The notes beneath the pieces were generated by a model. It did no database searches. It was not told the DNA's origin and worked only from the letters and a program-made list of their open reading frames with translations. From positions 736,001 to 800,000 of the forward strand of contig CAVWCF010000001.1 of the NCBI GenBank assembly GCA_963753435.1: a stretch of DNA of 64,000 bases, in the 5' to 3' direction. The DNA is from an uncultured Actinomycetota bacterium (GTDB lineage Bacteria > Actinomycetota > Actinomycetes > CAVWCF01). Every line of letters begins with the position of its first letter. Position 1 is the first letter of the stretch. Shown piece by piece: positions 63,246 through 64,000 of this stretch. The translations under genes were made by a program, and so were the position numbers.

Positions 63246-64000
63246 ATGACCGACGCGCAGGCTCCCACTCCGCCGGACAAGCCCACCTTGGATGGCCTCG
63301 AGGTGCGCTGGGCGCAGTCCTGGGAAGAGCAGGGGACCTACCGGTTCGACCGGGCCAAGTCCCGGGCCGAGGTGTACTCGATCGACACCCCGCCACCGAC
63401 TGTGAGCGGCTCACTGCACGTCGGGCACGTATTCAGTTACACCCACACCGACCTCATTGCGCGGTATCAGCGCATGCGCGGCAAGTCAGTCTTCTACCCG
63501 ATGGGCTGGGACGACAACGGCCTGCCGACCGAACGGCGGGTGCAGAACTACTACGGCGTCCGCTGCGACCCGTCACTGCCGTATGACCCGTCGTTCGCCC
63601 CGCCGGAGGCCCCCGGCAAGCAGCAACTGCCGATCAGCCGCGGCAACTTCATTGAGTTGTGCGAGCGCCTCACCGAGGAGGACGAGAAGGCGTTCGAGGA
63701 GTTGTTCCGCCGGCTCGGGCTGAGCGTGGACTGGCAGCAGACCTACCAAACGATCGACGCCAACGCCCGCGCCGCCAGCCAACGGGCGTTCCTGCGGAAC
63801 CTGGGCCGCGGTGAGGCCTACAGCGCCGAGGCGCCGACCCTCTGGGACGTCACGTTCCGGACCGCGGTCGCGCAGGCCGAGTTGGAGGACCGGGAGCGGC
63901 CCGGCGCCTACCACCGACTGGCGTTTCACCGGGCCGACCAGGTTCCGGTGGAGATCGAGACGACGCGACCGGAGTTACTGCCCGCCTGCGTTGCGCTGGT
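63246..64000 (+). CDS. valS: Valine--tRNA ligase (archaeal-like type 2), 5' part; runs off the window
   Basis: Manual translation: MTDAQAP...YSIDTPPPTVSGSLHVGHVFSYTHTD...PMGWDDNGLPTERRVQNYYG. Confidence 0.93.
   Translation, partial: MTDAQAPTPPDKPTLDGLEVRWAQSWEEQGTYRFDRAKSRAEVYSIDTPPPTVSGSLHVGHVFSYTHTDLIARYQRMRGKSVFYPMGWDDNGLPTERRVQNYYGVRCDPSLPYDPSFAPPEAPGKQQLPISRGNFIELCERLTEEDEKAFEELFRRLGLSVDWQQTYQTIDANARAASQRAFLRNLGRGEAYSAEAPTLWDVTFRTAVAQAELEDRERPGAYHRLAFHRADQVPVEIETTRPELLPACVAL

Noticed and set aside
207-63929. Many long overlapping ORFs on the opposite strand or in shifted frames (e.g. 8754-9977, 13525-14931, 24618-26375, 26851-28422, 34652-36040, 42809-44551, 55090-56460)
   Set aside because: Shadow ORFs of high-GC coding genes with no recognisable motifs.

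Overview
High-GC actinobacterial chromosome segment that is almost entirely core housekeeping genes, mostly on the minus strand. In window order: tsaC(partial)-prmC-prfA-rpmE, rho-thrB-thrC-hom-lysA-argS, tRNA-Arg(CCG), era...phoH-HIT-rsmE-dnaJ-hrcA(CIRCE)-hemW, lepA, rpsT, holA-comEC-comEA-degV-leuS, a GGDEF gene, tRNA-Ala(GGC), rsfS-nadD, proA-proB-obgE-rpmA-rplU, a TPP-riboswitch thiamine ABC transporter, rne, a radical-SAM pair, rodA-mrdA-mreDCB, ndk, folC and a partial archaeal-type valS. The one clearly accessory block is a 3-gene cassette between rho and rpmE (2439-5909). It encodes a secreted protein with a PEP-CTERM-like tail (LPEAP-TM-RRR), an exosortase fused to an EpsI-like domain, and a NodC/hyaluronan-synthase-like GT2. 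Two cassette genes and the distant diguanylate cyclase gene share an upstream TCAAG-N15-GCCGA motif resembling a sigma-28 (FliA/WhiG) promoter. This suggests a co-regulated surface-glycan and protein-sorting system, possibly linked to c-di-GMP. thrB and rne each carry a single-base frameshift, probably an assembly error. No mobile elements or CRISPR arrays were seen. All calls come from motif recognition by eye; no searches were run.
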